A DNA stretch of 62,824 bases, filler included, from Choristocarpus tenellus KU-1152 (Eukaryota > Protista > Phaeophyceae): the NCBI GenBank assembly GCA_964200185.2. It is 8 parts of 8 records of this genome, joined end to end, with 100 filler letters (N's around TTAATTAATTAA, not from the genome) between each part and the next. Parts side by side here need not be neighbours in the genome. Positions count along the whole stretch, not along the records: positions 4,756 to 16,021 come from CAXNAD020002416.1; positions 16,122 to 23,109 come from CAXNAD020006920.1; positions 23,210 to 27,523 come from CAXNAD020015154.1; 5 more parts are not named here. The stretch is one strand, 5' to 3'. Under the pieces are notes generated by a model. The model searched no databases. It saw nothing but the letters and a program-made list of their open reading frames with translations, and had not been told where the DNA came from. This document shows positions 13,617-26,113 of this stretch, in pieces; position 1 is the stretch's first letter, and every line of letters starts with the position of its first letter. The position numbers and the translations under genes are program-made.

Positions 13617-15982
13617 AACAACGAAACGCTCAACGGTAGCAAGTACCTAATATTGTTCCCCCTTATTCGGCCCGTAACGTCTGTTATCCATGACAAAACT
13701 AGAAGCGCCAAGTTCCTATGAAATGTCCGTTACCAGGACGATAGCGTTCACCAGCGAGATACTTTAGAATGTCCACTATATATAGTAGCACCTTGAGCTA
13801 ATTTACTCTACAATGGGGGATCCGAACCATGAGGTCGAGGTCCACATGGATTACAACAACAACGATAACGATGATGAACACATACAAGCATGGTGTGGAT
13901 GGTGTGAAGCGCAGTCATTCAAACTGAGAAAGAGGCAGGAGCAAGTTGGTGTGGAGTGCAGATGTAGTGCCCTACGCATTCCTCCTCGTGGATGGATGGT
14001 TTGAACCCAACATCCGTTATCAGGGCAACGTTCGGCGCCCATTGCTGCTCTATAGTGTCTGTTGTTCAGGAAGCGCTTGAGCCCACTTGCTTTCGACAAT
14101 AGAATTTTCCAGAACAGCGCACCTGCGACCGTTTCCTTGCATTTTCTTATTTCATCACACAGTAGATTGATCTTTCCAAACCCGTGGCCACAGGTTGTAA
14201 ATCAGTGAAGGCGACAGATGTGACCAAGAAAACGTTAGGAAAAAGAAAAATATAATTCCGTCGTCCAAGACAACACCCCTCAGATGTTGTCCTTTGTTCT
14301 CCAAAAACACCACCCTGTTTGGTTTGTAGCATTTGGTATCAAGCAAGCAAGCGCTTAGACCCAATTTCTTTCTTTAATACGCGTTGATTTGGATAACGCG
14401 TTGTCATGTATAACGCTAAAATTATTACTTGTGATATGTGAACATAGAATGCCGTACGAGGGGTAACCATAAAAAAATGATGTACCTTACACACATCAAC
14501 TACAAATATAAGATGGTGCCCTTGAGACATGGCTATAACGTATTTCATCAACACAGAGCCAAACCAAGCGAGAAGTAGGCAGGGGGTGCATTTTATGGAT
14601 CCCAAAAAAGGGAAAACGATGTCATTTTGTACGAGTGCAGAAATAGCGTTTCCTTGATTGTGGTGTCACTTTGTGTGTGGAAGGGTGGAATATCAATTTT
14701 GCGTACACTATTGAGCACATAAAGCAATGAAATAGAGTGTATTAGACAAGGTAAGAATTATGGCTTAGAATGCAAAAGGGTCTAAACCTTCCTACCTCTC
14801 AATTGGTTTCGCTCACAAATATCCACAATCAATCAAAACTTCTCACAAAAATACTCACGTGTGCTGTCACCCATCTTACCATCCTCTTGATTACTCGCGC
14901 TATGTACAACAGAGTTGAGGAATAGAAATATTACACTCCGAGTAAAACACAGCAACAAAAACAAGAACCACGAAAAAAATATGTAAAAGTAGTACTGGTA
15001 GAGTGACCTTTTCAATCGACGTAGTATGGACTATTCCACACAACAAGAAGAGCACACGTCCATGAATCAAGATCGCCTAAATAGAGGGACACAGGGACTG
15101 GTCTGCACAATACTGTACATAAATACAATAATATGTAGCTACTTCAAGCCATATACTTCGAAGAACCATGCCAGGAGGTGAGGTTTCTCGTCGCCCTCTC
15201 CCCCTCTCCCACATGTGTTCCACTTGGGTACCTCCCAATCCATGAGAATATTGCGTGGCAAAAGCTAACTTTGATAACGAATCATTTTAAGAGATTCAAA
15301 GTGACAGCATTCCACGACTTGTTTTGCACCACCACAAACTAAGAGCCCACCTGCAAGCAAATACTACTAGGTATCCCCCGATGAAAGATCCTGTGCTCGA
15401 TTTGAGTATTGTGAACTACCTTAAAAAACGTTTAATGAACCTGTATCCAACCCTCCATCACCTCACCTCCACTTGTCTCAATTGTCAACTCCCCTACTAT
15501 ATTTTCCGATGTCAAGTTCCCTTATCTACAACTCTGTTCCCGGGGGAAGTGAGCAGAACCCTTATCTACATAGATATGTCCTTGAGAATCCTTAGCTAGA
15601 TCAATACGAGTGACAAGAATCGTTCAGCGTAAATTCTTTTGGGGATGGGAGGACGCTGTTGAGGGCATGCTTGAAGAACGTGACTCTAACAGCAGCACAC
15701 CATAGCAATACCCAAGGAGGTAGCGGGCACTTGGGTCAAGTCGCTTTACTTCCTTCTGCGCCTGTGAGCACATGAAGGACCAATGACAGTGGCAAAGGTA
15801 AGGTAGCTCAAGGGGAGATGGATGTGACAAAGCAGATCCACGGACATAGGTTTTTCGCTTCCAATATTTGAAAAATCGGTCTTCTTGTTTGTCCAAACTA
15901 CCAACATTGCCAGTGTTAACATTGACTTACCAGTCCTGCAACAAATATAGTAGTAAATATATACTCCAAGTATATATAGAAA

Positions 15983-16021
15983 GACCCAAAGTATCTGGGA
16001 GGGGGGGGGGGGTCTACACAG
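15983..16021 (+). mobile_element. MITE family B left end, cut by the contig end
   Basis: GACCCAAAGTATCTGGGAGGGGG...GTCTACAC. Confidence 0.85.
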
Positions 16022-17886
16022 NNNNNNNNNNNNNNNNNNNNNNNNNNNNNNNNNNNNNNNNNNNNTTAATTAATTAANNNNNNNNNNNNNNNNNNNNNNN
16101 NNNNNNNNNNNNNNNNNNNNNCCGTCTTGCCCGGTGATTCTCTTCACCACCCTTGCCTGAGTGAACCACGCCGCCACAGAATCACACGATTCACACGTAC
16201 AGGATCTTGGAATAATTATAGATGTGGGCAGTAATGTAGTGTTGATTTGGAATGGCGGATCTATAGGTAAGTTTTGTCAATAGGTAATGTGGTACTTGCT
16301 CTGCCCCTTGCAGCCAGGAGACTCACCGTAATCATAGAAGTAACGCTTCCGATCGTCCGTGCAGATAAAACACCACTTCTCATACACATGGGCGAAGTCT
16401 TTGATCTGATGGGAGGGAGGTCTTTGACCCTCACTCATGGTGGCCTTTCAGTGACCAAGTGTGTTGCCTACATCCTTCGTAACTTGCATTCATCCCTATG
16501 ATAAAACTTAAAGGTGAGAGGACAACCAAGCGACAGGGATATTTGGAGGTAGAACTTTCTATCTGTTTACTGTGGTTAGATATTTAGAGTGGTAGATTGG
16601 TAGGCGTGTGTGTAGAAGTCGTTTTGTCCTTAGTGGTACGTATCAAGTTTCACCAAAGTACACTACATATATGGAGGATTTTCTGCCCAGAGGTGAAGTT
16701 CCTCATATTGTGTTATTACGAGCAGAGTGACATAGTTGGACCCATTGCAGACAGTGATTGAATAGACCAAAGGCTGTGTTGGTGTAGGGTTTACATTAGA
16801 CCACTGGGAATGGAAGGAAGGACATAGCCAACTCCCCAGAATTTCAATGTCCCTGACTGGATGACTTGAGTGATGGTAGAGGGCATCACGCTGACGGGAA
16901 ATGACGACACATAGACGGTCATGCATAGTCCCTCGTTTTGAGTAAAAACTCTGCTAGCTTGAGCATATGCCACTGGTTCTCTGAAGAAAGCACTTTCAGC
17001 TCTTGGGGTAATGCTAAGAACACATGGTTTCCAAGAACAAACCCGTGTGGGTAGAGCCCCCCACCATATGCTGCTCAACTAGCCAAGATCCATTCACAGA
17101 CCTGTCATGTTCACTGGCCCAGTACCTAAGATGTACAAAGTAATATATCTAACAGCTCTACCAAAGAGTGCAAAGAATTGTTCCAAGCACATTCAAAACT
17201 GGTGCTAACCTGACCTGGTTCTCTCTTCTTTTCCAGCAAACTGCTTCAATTCTGAGGCAGGGTCAATCACAACCGTAAATCAATAATATCAGTAGGAAGG
17301 ATACTCTTGTGTTTGGGCAGCCCTAACCTTACAAGTGAAGATGTCAGTAGAACAATGATCCTCGCTCCAGATCAATCTAAACAATGCCGTATCGATACAA
17401 ACAGGAAGGAACAGACACTACTATTGTACACGTGGTAATTGATGGAGGGGATGGGGTCCCAAAAACCACTCCATCCTCACTCTCAGGAGAGTTCGAAAGC
17501 TCTGTCAACATGACCAAAGAATCAATTGGTGGTCGATCACTATCAACAATGTCATATCCAGCGCGCCAAGGGACTTCAAACAGTGGTCCGTGTGCCATGT
17601 GGAATTGATTTGTAGCGCTCGTATGAACTGGGTGTGTAATTAATGTCAATCAGGACACTTACAATTCAGGTGACTGGACAGTTAAAATCTAAGCCAATCA
17701 AATCAATCTTTGTTTCTCGAGCAAGCTCCACAGTGTAGGATTCACAGCTTATCAGTCCCGCGTAGGTGGACGAGATAATCCTTACAAAGGTATGGACCCC
17801 GCCATGGCATACCCCTCTCCCAGCGGTGTGGCTGAAGCACCCTTGCCAAAAAGTAGTGTTACCACTTCACAGAAGATGCGGAGTCC

Positions 17887-18612
17887 CTAGAAACCCCAGG
17901 GTCCTTGCACCTGCATGTGGTTGGAGAAGCCTGCTCTCTTGAGAGTTTGGTGGTGACGACTGACGCTGTCGGGATCCATATTTTTTCCGTCCCAGTTTGT
18001 GTGAGCTGCCTTTTCTGCTCGCCGCCCTTCTATTCCCTCTACCTCCTTACCACCTCGGAACACGACCCGAGTTTCCCCACCACTCCCCACTTTTGCTCGT
18101 GGAGTCACAATCTTGAGGAAGCCCACCTTGGACTCGGCCTCACGAAGAAGGGCGGCCAACTACATACGGAGGAGGGGTAATCAAATATCATAACTTCATT
18201 GCCTTAGTCACTTGACAACCAACCATAAATATACTCATGGAGGGCCACATTTCACACCAGCCAATAAGCGGGAGTATTGAGTAGTGAAAGTCATAGTGAG
18301 ACTGGCGAGGGGGTTGAGGTGCAGCTTCATTAGAATTTATATACAGCTAGCATATCAGTACCGGTTTCCAAGGGTGTGTATGTGTATGGATTGGCGAGAG
18401 GCGGAAGTGGGACCTACCTTCTCCTGATCAACCACTCCAGAGTTTTCCTTGAACCCACTTCTTACAATACGGGCAGTGTCTTCTCGTTTCGCTACATCAG
18501 GAAGGCGGCTCGCCAGTCTGAGCATCTGCCTGTAGATTCGCAGTACATTCTCCCTTCCTGTGATGGTGACTATATCGGGGGCCGGGGCCGCTGTCGCGAA
18601 AGCCCTCAACAT
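17887..18612 (-). CDS. LYR-motif (Complex1_LYR family) protein, 2 exons, 155 aa, likely mitochondrial
   Basis: Exons 18418-18612 and 17887-18159 join in phase 0 (GT-AG). Motif VLRIYRQMLRLASRLP...IVRSGFKEN...LLREAE. The N-terminus MLRAFATAA resembles a mitochondrial presequence. Confidence 0.85.
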
Positions 18613-19539
18613 GGTCGAGTTGAGATGAGAGATGATGGCAACTTCTGTACCCTTGATATCGTTATGTACGATCATCAACACCCTAACCCTAATTCAAAAC
18701 CTCCAAAAAACAACGATTTGACCCGAGTACAACCAAGGACTGTGCAGTCTACTCTCTCCAGAAGGGGGAGCATCCACAGTCTGACACACTTAGACTAGTA
18801 TAGAGAGGTGTAATAGCTGAATCGCAGCCATTAAGTTATCGGGTTGCGTGAACCTCGCTCTCGCCGCGATACGGCAAGTCTTTTGATCAGGACTATCAGT
18901 CAGGTTGAAGAGTATCGACATACCTTTTGATCATTACGGATCAAGTCGGGAAGATTCCAGGCCACGTTACTCATCCCAACGTGAGCTTGAGAGATAGCTT
19001 TGTCATGTCCTGTGTTGATCCCTTGCTCAGGCTCTCCTTTGAAGCCCTGCAAGGTATTGTGAGGCCTGGTTTGCCCCCCTACCTGCACGTGGTTCATCCA
19101 GTGTACAGCACCGACCCCTATTTCGAGCTCACTCCACCTTGTTGATGCCTGAGATTCGTTCCCCCTTTCCCCTCCCATATTGGAGGCTCCTATGTTCGTG
19201 ATATCAGGACCAATTCTTTTCAAGTGTTAGTGTTTTCGACCTAGTTGCATCTCAAATATTGAAACTCCTGGTTGATTGTGGAATGAACACAAGCGGGAGC
19301 CAAACAGGAGACTCCTCCACATTATCTCTAACTCGTAGAGCAATGATTTCCTGATGACTACTTTAATCTATCTGGTTTGTTACCTTGTGTCTAGTAGTCT
19401 GTGCTAACCCAGAGCTTAGATACTTTCTCCTGCCCTTCTATGTCATTCCTCCGCAATCCACACCTTTTCCCTCGCACTCAACCCATACCCCCACTCTCAA
19501 TGAACTCCTATCTCCTCCAATCCTCATTATCTAACCCTA

Positions 19540-19542
<3 letters not shown>

Positions 19543-19572
<30 letters not shown>
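19543..19572. repeat. (CT)n microsatellite
   Basis: CT run upstream of the first SPRY-gene coding exon. Confidence 0.9.
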
Positions 19573-19577
<5 letters not shown>

Positions 19578-19663
19578 AAGTGTTATTCGACCCGCACCCA
19601 CCCACCTACACCCACCCACCGTATGACCTAATTCAATCACAGGTGACGTAAGGTGCAAAACCG

Positions 19664-22600
19664 ATGCAAGATACACTTGCACCCAGTAATCTGAAATTCC
19701 ACTTCGGGCATCCTCCAGCCTATGGGTCTGGTGGCTCAATGCACGAGAGGCCGATATCGAGGGGGGGGACGTTTGTCTGGCCCGGCAGGACATCAGCAGA
19801 TGACCCCTTTTTCCAGAACGGAGAACGCCTACCTTCGGAGATTGATCCTTCGCAGCCATCACACTATATTGCGGTGAGGAAGATGTGGGATACGTGTGAG
19901 TACAACGAGCACAATATTCTAGCTACGTCTGCTTGACATCTGTTTGCAATTGAAACTGGTAGACTTTCCAGAGTCTATATATCCGTACGACTACTGCTTC
20001 TGTGCGAGGCGTACTATTCTCATTTGGATTGATATAAAATATACACCCCTCGTAGAGAAGAGGAGGGTCTTGGTGGCCATGGTGTACAGTTGGCAGACAT
20101 ATTTCGATGGGCCACAATGCATGCTTTGGCTGAAAGAGTCTCGGCTTGTCACCAGTGATCATCATGCCCCTCTTGTCCACATTTCAACCAGCGACCCTTG
20201 CTTGTTGAGGTGCCTTGGTCCCTGAGTTGAGGATGCAAGACAAGCTACTGCAAGTGCACATGCACACATCAAGAGACTCTCCAGCACTGCATATCGAGAG
20301 CCCTGTGTGTAGAAAAAACCCAAAGCAGGCACACGCACACACGCTAACAAACGTTACCCACGTTAACCCCGATACAATTCCATGTAATTACATGCATAGA
20401 ATGGTGAATGAGCCAACTGCATACATAGCTATGCTGCTCTTGTGCCCACCATTGCCTTACTGCAGACCTCCCGATACCCTCTCCACACGATTGGGAAAAG
20501 GCCGACAGGGATAAGCTGGGGGCGAGGTACTCAGGTAAGGGCAACCACGACCACGACGTGGGAGCCGTCCGTGCCAATTTCCCCCTGCCCCGCTTCCAGC
20601 GCGCATTTTACTTCGAGGCGAGGGTTGTTTCTGCAGGTCGAGATGCGTCCATAACGGTGGGGCTTGTTGGGGAGGGGTTTCCACTAAATAAACAACCCGG
20701 AACAGAGGTGAGGAGATTCGTGCCCGCGTGGAGGTGTTTAAGGTGTGGTCTTTTCCTGCGGGACGCTGGAGTACTCTTGATCTGGACCTCTTGCCCCCCC
20801 CCCCCCCCAACGTGTGCTTCCGCCTCTTGTTCTCAGCCTGAGTCGTATGGGTACCGTGGCAACAATGGACGGGTTTACGGCGACTCTCCTAGGGGGCGTG
20901 AATTTGGTCCGAGTTTCTCAACGGATGATACGGTGGGGTTGGGAGTGAAGTTTTCGACCAGAGAGGTGAAGAAAGAGACGGGATCGAATTACGGGGAGTT
21001 TTTGTTTGGGGGGGGGGGGGGGGGGGTGGCTTTATGAAGCACCTGACCCGTTTTTCATTAGGCGTTGCGACTGATCAAAGTCTGATCAAAGTCTACTGGG
21101 GTTCTGTACCGTTTTTTTGCTGTAACAGTTTGGTGTAACAGTTTTGGACAATGGTTCTCTGATGGTTCTCTCTGATGGTTCTGATCGGGGAGAGGTTGTG
21201 GTTGTACGAGATTCATGGCGAGCCTTGCAGCTTGCGATTTCCACATGCAAAGCATGTTTGTATGCTGATGCGTGTGAGTCCCTCACTTAGCAATGATCGG
21301 AAGGGAGTACTTTTGTAGAAGGGGGGCTTTTGTAATGTAAGGGAAATTTCTGATCTTTAAAAAAAGAAATGGCTGTAAAATCTTTGCATGACTCAGGCGA
21401 CTGATATACCCCATTGAGCAAACAGACACTAGCGTTGTCCTCTGTAATGGGATACGGCATGTGGGTTCAGGCGTCGTCCTGACAGGAAATGATTCGCAGA
21501 GAGATGAACCCCAAGATTAGTTAGTGAAGGACAAGAGACATTGTGGGCAAGATTTGGGCAGAGGATTCTTGGTCAACGTTAGCGCCTAGCTATGTGCTCT
21601 CTGAGGTAGTCGTTCTTGCTGTCTCTGTTACGACGGCAGAACATGCATGGGTGTAGGTAGAATTGATTATTTATTTTGATTGTTTATTTTGATTTTTTAT
21701 TTTGATTCGAAGTATGTTAGGGTTAGGGTAGAGCTGCGTCCGTTTGGGGACCAAAATCTGATGTTGTGATTTTCATGTAATTCAGGCCATCGTGTTTGTT
21801 AGGAAGTGTTGACTTTCTTGTTTTGGATACACCTTTTCGTGACATACCTTTTTCGTGACGTATACATTTTACCTACTCTGAAACATTTCGGATTATAGGT
21901 AAAACGTCATAATAATATTAATAATAATAATAATAATTAAAACGTGTGGGAAGCCAAGCCCCAAACAGACTAAGAGGGAAAAACTCATATACCCTCTAAG
22001 TTGCTCTCACTCTTTTATTATTATTATTATTATTTTGGGATTGTTTGAGCGTATTCAGCTCATCATCTCCTGCTTTTTTTTGAGCGCATGCTGGACATTC
22101 TAGGGGCATGGGTGGAAGTTTCAGTGAACGGTTATCTCCCTTGACTGCCGACATTGTAGAGCAGTCGTTCACGTTCATGTGTGTCTGTGGAGAGGTTCTG
22201 CTATGACTTTGTCGAACTTTACACATGTTCTCCTCCTTCAATGTTACATGCTTTTTGGTTGACACAAGCAAGCACCACCAAGGTGAAATCACCACGGTAC
22301 GTGACGCTCCTGAGTCACCATGTGGTGTCCCGGAGCGCTACAGAGCTGTCAAGTTATATACGAGGAAGTGGCCTATTTCTCTCGCGATCATATTGTAGGG
22401 CCATTAGAACGTTGAGTAATGAACACAATTTATTTAATTTTTTTTCCTATGGTACATTGTGTCTGGGTGCAGTCGCCGTTTTGATCAAACAGCTCCGGAC
22501 AAGAAACAAGAACATCGATAGGGAGAAACGTCTTTAATCCTAACCCTAACCCTAACCCTAGCCCCACCCCCGTTCAAGTAGAAGTGACTTGCTTTACGTA

Positions 22601-22942
22601 TGGGTCAGTATAGCACAACCGCCTCCTCGGGCACAAAATCAACTACCTACTCCCCTTCCCACCTCCAAATTTTTCATGCTCCAGGTGTTCATCACCCTGA
22701 ATGGACAGCTGTTGGGGGTTGCGTTCCGGGGTGCCGGCAATGGATGCAGGCCGCTGTACCCAAGTGTAAGCCTCCACAGCCCGGGGGAGGCGGTTCGAGT
22801 AAACTTTGGCCAACGCCCTTTCCTTTTTGACTTGGGGGGGTTTCAGGTGGAGGAAGATGGCCGCCGGAGGGCTGCACGTTTATCGGTAGCAGTTAGTCCC
22901 TCTCTGGTTCGAGAACTGGTTCGGGATTATCTGATGCACCAG
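19664..22942 (+). CDS. RanBP9/RanBP10 (RanBPM, CTLH/GID complex)-like SPRY-LisH protein, 3' end missing
   Basis: Phase-0 GT-AG exons 19664-19873, 20501-20707, 20837-20965 and 22685-22942. SPRY motifs DVGAVRANFPLP, FYFEARV, QPGTEPESYGYRGNNG, FGPSFSTDDTVGLG, FITLNGQLLGVAF and LYPSVSLHSPGEAVRVNFGQRPFLFD, then the LisH start LVRDYLMHQ. Truncated by the contig end. Confidence 0.9.
21704..22012 (+). mobile_element. MITE family A, degenerate intronic copy, TSD TTTT
   Basis: Family A body with an (AAT)n expansion; left TIR altered to include TTAGGGTTAGGG; TTTT on both flanks. Confidence 0.8.
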
Positions 22943-23209
22943 GTGAAGGGCGGGAAGAGGGGTGGCCCTACTGTGATGGGTTGCTACGGGCCACTCTGGA
23001 GCAGTGGAGGTCGGAGGGGGGGGGGGCGGGTGGGGGGGGGGTTGTGATTTGGGGTCTTGGTGGGGGTTGGAGTAGCCCTTGGCCTTGATCCTGGCCCGGA
23101 GGTTGGCACNNNNNNNNNNNNNNNNNNNNNNNNNNNNNNNNNNNNNNNNNNNNTTAATTAATTAANNNNNNNNNNNNNNNNNNNNNNNNNNNNNNNNNNN
23201 NNNNNNNNN

Positions 23210-23305
23210 CTAACCAACATGATAGCCAAAATAACATCAAAATAGTAACATTGACTTTTGTCCCCCCAAATGGACGCAGCTCTACCCTCTAAGATACTTT
23301 GGCTC
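23210..23305 (-). mobile_element. MITE family A partial copy at contig start
   Basis: ...CCCCAAATGGACGCAGCTCTACCCTCTAAGATACTTTGGCTC. Confidence 0.85.
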
Positions 23306-23306
23306 T

Positions 23307-23486
23307 GACCCAAAGTATCTGGGGGGGTGGGGGCGTCTACACGAGAGTGTCCAGTTGGACCAAAATCGGGAAAAGTGCATTTGCATTATCCATCTGACAT
23401 ATGGTAGCCAAATCACCCAAAAATCGCGATATGAAAAATTTGACCCGAAATGGACAGCCGCCACCCCCTCCCAGATACTTTGAGCC
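23307..23486 (+). mobile_element. MITE family B, complete, abutting a family A copy
   Basis: GACCCAAAGTATCTGGGGG...CCCAGATACTTTGAGCC. Confidence 0.9.
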
Positions 23487-24000
23487 TCCTGGAGGTTGCC
23501 ATACAAGTTATGAACGACCTGAAAAAGAAAGACAAGCTCGGGATAGACTCCTACGCCGATGACTTATCAGCAGGGTCTTTAGCAGAGGGTCCTCCTACCA
23601 AAAAATACACACTCAGTGACGAGGTACTCAACTGTGTGTGAGGTGCATCATCTGATCTCTCCACCGTATTTCAGTTCGTATCAAGCCACCTCACAATAAA
23701 GACCCTGATCGCGCACATCAATGTAACCCATAAAATCCACAGGTGAAAAGGGACCTCATGTTTAGGGAGGATGTGGAGGAGGGTACAAAATACCTGGACA
23801 TCGTCAAATACTCCGAGGGTGTTACCCTGAACACCAGTGACGAACACACAGGCAAGCAATTACATCATTGTACAACATCGCCATAGGTTAACATCCAAGC
23901 ATGGTTCCCTACACCAAACACACAACCTAGACTCGCACAGATCTTACCAACGTTTGACAGTTTCACAACGAACATTCTCCGGTTTCTTATGTTGCGAAGT
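23487..24000 (+). mobile_element. Degenerate non-LTR retrotransposon RT fragment
   Basis: Translation LGIDSYADDL contains the YADD catalytic motif typical of LINE RTs; stops follow. Right boundary approximate. Confidence 0.5.
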
Positions 24001-24570
24001 TGCTCATCGAACAGATTAATTCATACTTTCGTTGTGCTGTACCGATCGACAGAACCCGGCAAAAGAAGGGAAATTATGTCGCGGTTACATGCTAGTCCTA
24101 TATGCATCCTCTTCACCCTGTGTTGCCACCTCTATTTGTCTTCCTTTTTTATGAGCTCGAATAATCCGCCCAAGTTTAACGAACCGCAAGTACTCTGACC
24201 CATTCATCGTTTCCTCAGCCCCTGCCTCCTCCTCTGTATCCTGCCTCGCTCACTCCTTATCATCAACCCCTATCTCATCCCTTGCCTCCCAACACTAACA
24301 CCTCCTCCAGTTGTTTTGACCCCTACTTCGCCACGTCCTTTGCCTACTCCTCCACCATCCCAGAGATAACTAGAGGCACAACCATCGTGATCAACCCAGA
24401 CAAGAACGACACATCCGAGCACGACTTCATGAAGTTCAAGTCCGAAACGATCGCCGCTCACAAGAGAGAAGTCACCCTTCTCCAGACCCGACCAGGAGGC
24501 ATGGTAATCACATGCACCACCCTCAAGGACAACCTAGATCCGGATCGTATCAAACTCCTCATAGACGAAC

Positions 24571-24826
24571 GAGTCAAAGTATCTTAGAGGGTAGAGCCCC
24601 GTCCAATTGGGGGCCAAAATCCAATGTTGCGATTTTGATGTAATTTTGGCCATCAGTTTTGTTAAGTGTCAATATCCTTGTTCCAGACACACCTTTTCAT
24701 AACGAATGCATTTTATCTCCTCCGAAACATTTTGGAGTAGGAAAATGTCATTAAAAAAAACATGGGAAGCCAAGCCCCAAATGGACAAATGGGGCAAAAC
24801 TCGTACCCCCTAAGATACTTCCACTC
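24571..24826 (+). mobile_element. MITE family A (256 bp), complete, TSD GAAC
   Basis: TIRs GAGTCAAAGTATCTTAGAGGGTA / TACCCCCTAAGATACTTCCACTC; GAAC on both flanks. Confidence 0.95.
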
Positions 24827-25019
24827 GAACTCTCCACCTTCCGCAATTTTGCACTGGTGAAGACACCGGTAGCTGGTGGCGTATCCACGCCTATACCTTG
24901 TGGAAGATCCAACCCACCAGGTGATGAAGAGGAACAAGATAGCCCATCGCCTAGCCCTACAGTAGGTGCAGGAAGCAGGACTCTACGAGGGGGGAGGCAT
25001 ACAACCACTCCCTCGGAAC

Positions 25020-25671
25020 ACGACTCTGAAGGCGATGGGGACCGACCCGTTTGTAACGCTTTGTCATGTCCAGAGGAACTTGCACAGGAAGACCTGAGGG
25101 GGCGGCTAGGCAAGGACTCAGAGTCCACACCTGTCAGGAGTGACCCATGTATGTCCCCAAACGCCCATTCATTGGGCAGCGACGACGACAAGTCACAAGT
25201 TCCAGGGAACAGCTACGACCATAGTGTGAGGCGAAGTGAGAACCGCGTCCATGTCGATCCTACCCCAACCCCGAGGGACAGCCTTCCGAGAAAGGCAAAG
25301 GAAAGTGGAACAGGACGCTAATTAAAAAGAAGAGGGTGAGAGAAGATTCTGAACACGATGGGGACCGACCCAATTGTGACACTTTTTCAGGCCCAGAGGA
25401 ACTTGTACAGGAGGACGTAGGTGGGCGTTCAGGAACGGACTCAGAGTCCACGCCTGTCGGGAGTGACCCTGGAATGTCCCCAAACGCCCATTCGGTGTGC
25501 AGCGGCGGCGACGAGTCACAAGTGCCAGAGAACACCTATGACCATAATGTGAGGCGAAGTGAGAACCGCGTCCATGCCAATCCTACCCCAACCCCGAGGG
25601 ACAAGCCTTTCGAGAAGGGCAAAGGAAAGTGGAATAGGATGCTAACTAGGAAGAAGAGGGTGAGAGAAGAT
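25020..25671 (+). repeat. ~324-bp tandem duplication (2 units) inside the orphan ORF
   Basis: GATGGGGACCGACCC at 25034 and 25357; both units encode DGDRP...DSESTPV.SDP.MSPNAHS...VRRSENRVH..PTPTPRD. Confidence 0.9.
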
Positions 25672-25856
25672 GCTGGACGGATGAGACCCTTCAAACAGCC
25701 ACGTAGTCCTGATGGCAGGGCTTTAGAACCTGGCTTCTTCGCAGACGTCTTCGCTTCTGCCAAAATGGGCAGATATGCGGTAAATACGTGTTCATCTACA
25801 TCAAGGTACAACAATGACAATGAAAGATCATCTCATGGTGATGAGGATTGCGTCAC

Positions 25857-26113
25857 GAGTCAAAGTATCTTAGAGGGTAGTGCCGTGTCCATTTGGGGGT
25901 AAAATCCAATGTTGCAATTTTGATGTAATTTTGGCTATTGTGTTTGCTTGGAGATGTCAACATCCGTGTTCTAGACACTCCTTTTCATAACGTAAACATT
26001 TTACCAACTCCGAAACATTTTGGAGTAGGCAAAATGTCATTGAAAACCGGTGGGAAGCCAAGCCCTAAATGGACAAACAGGGAAAACTCGTACCCTCTAA
26101 GATATTTTTACTC
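25857..26113 (+). mobile_element. MITE family A (257 bp), complete, TSD TCAC
   Basis: Same TIRs; TCAC on both flanks. Confidence 0.95.

Noticed and set aside
10350-14660. Similar sequences in opposite orientation at ~10350-10490 and ~14520-14660 as TIRs of one element
   Set aside because: They look like two separate degenerate copies of a dispersed repeat; no TSD, and the apparent termini face each other.
11479-15770. Candidate upstream exons of the UBZ gene (near 11479-11673, 11980-12125, 13090-13196, 15713-15761)
   Set aside because: Splice-like signals are present, but alternative frames are equally plausible and no domain anchors them.
16122-17650. Possible terminal exons of a plus-strand gene
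   Set aside because: Could not build a consistent spliced frame or recognise a domain.
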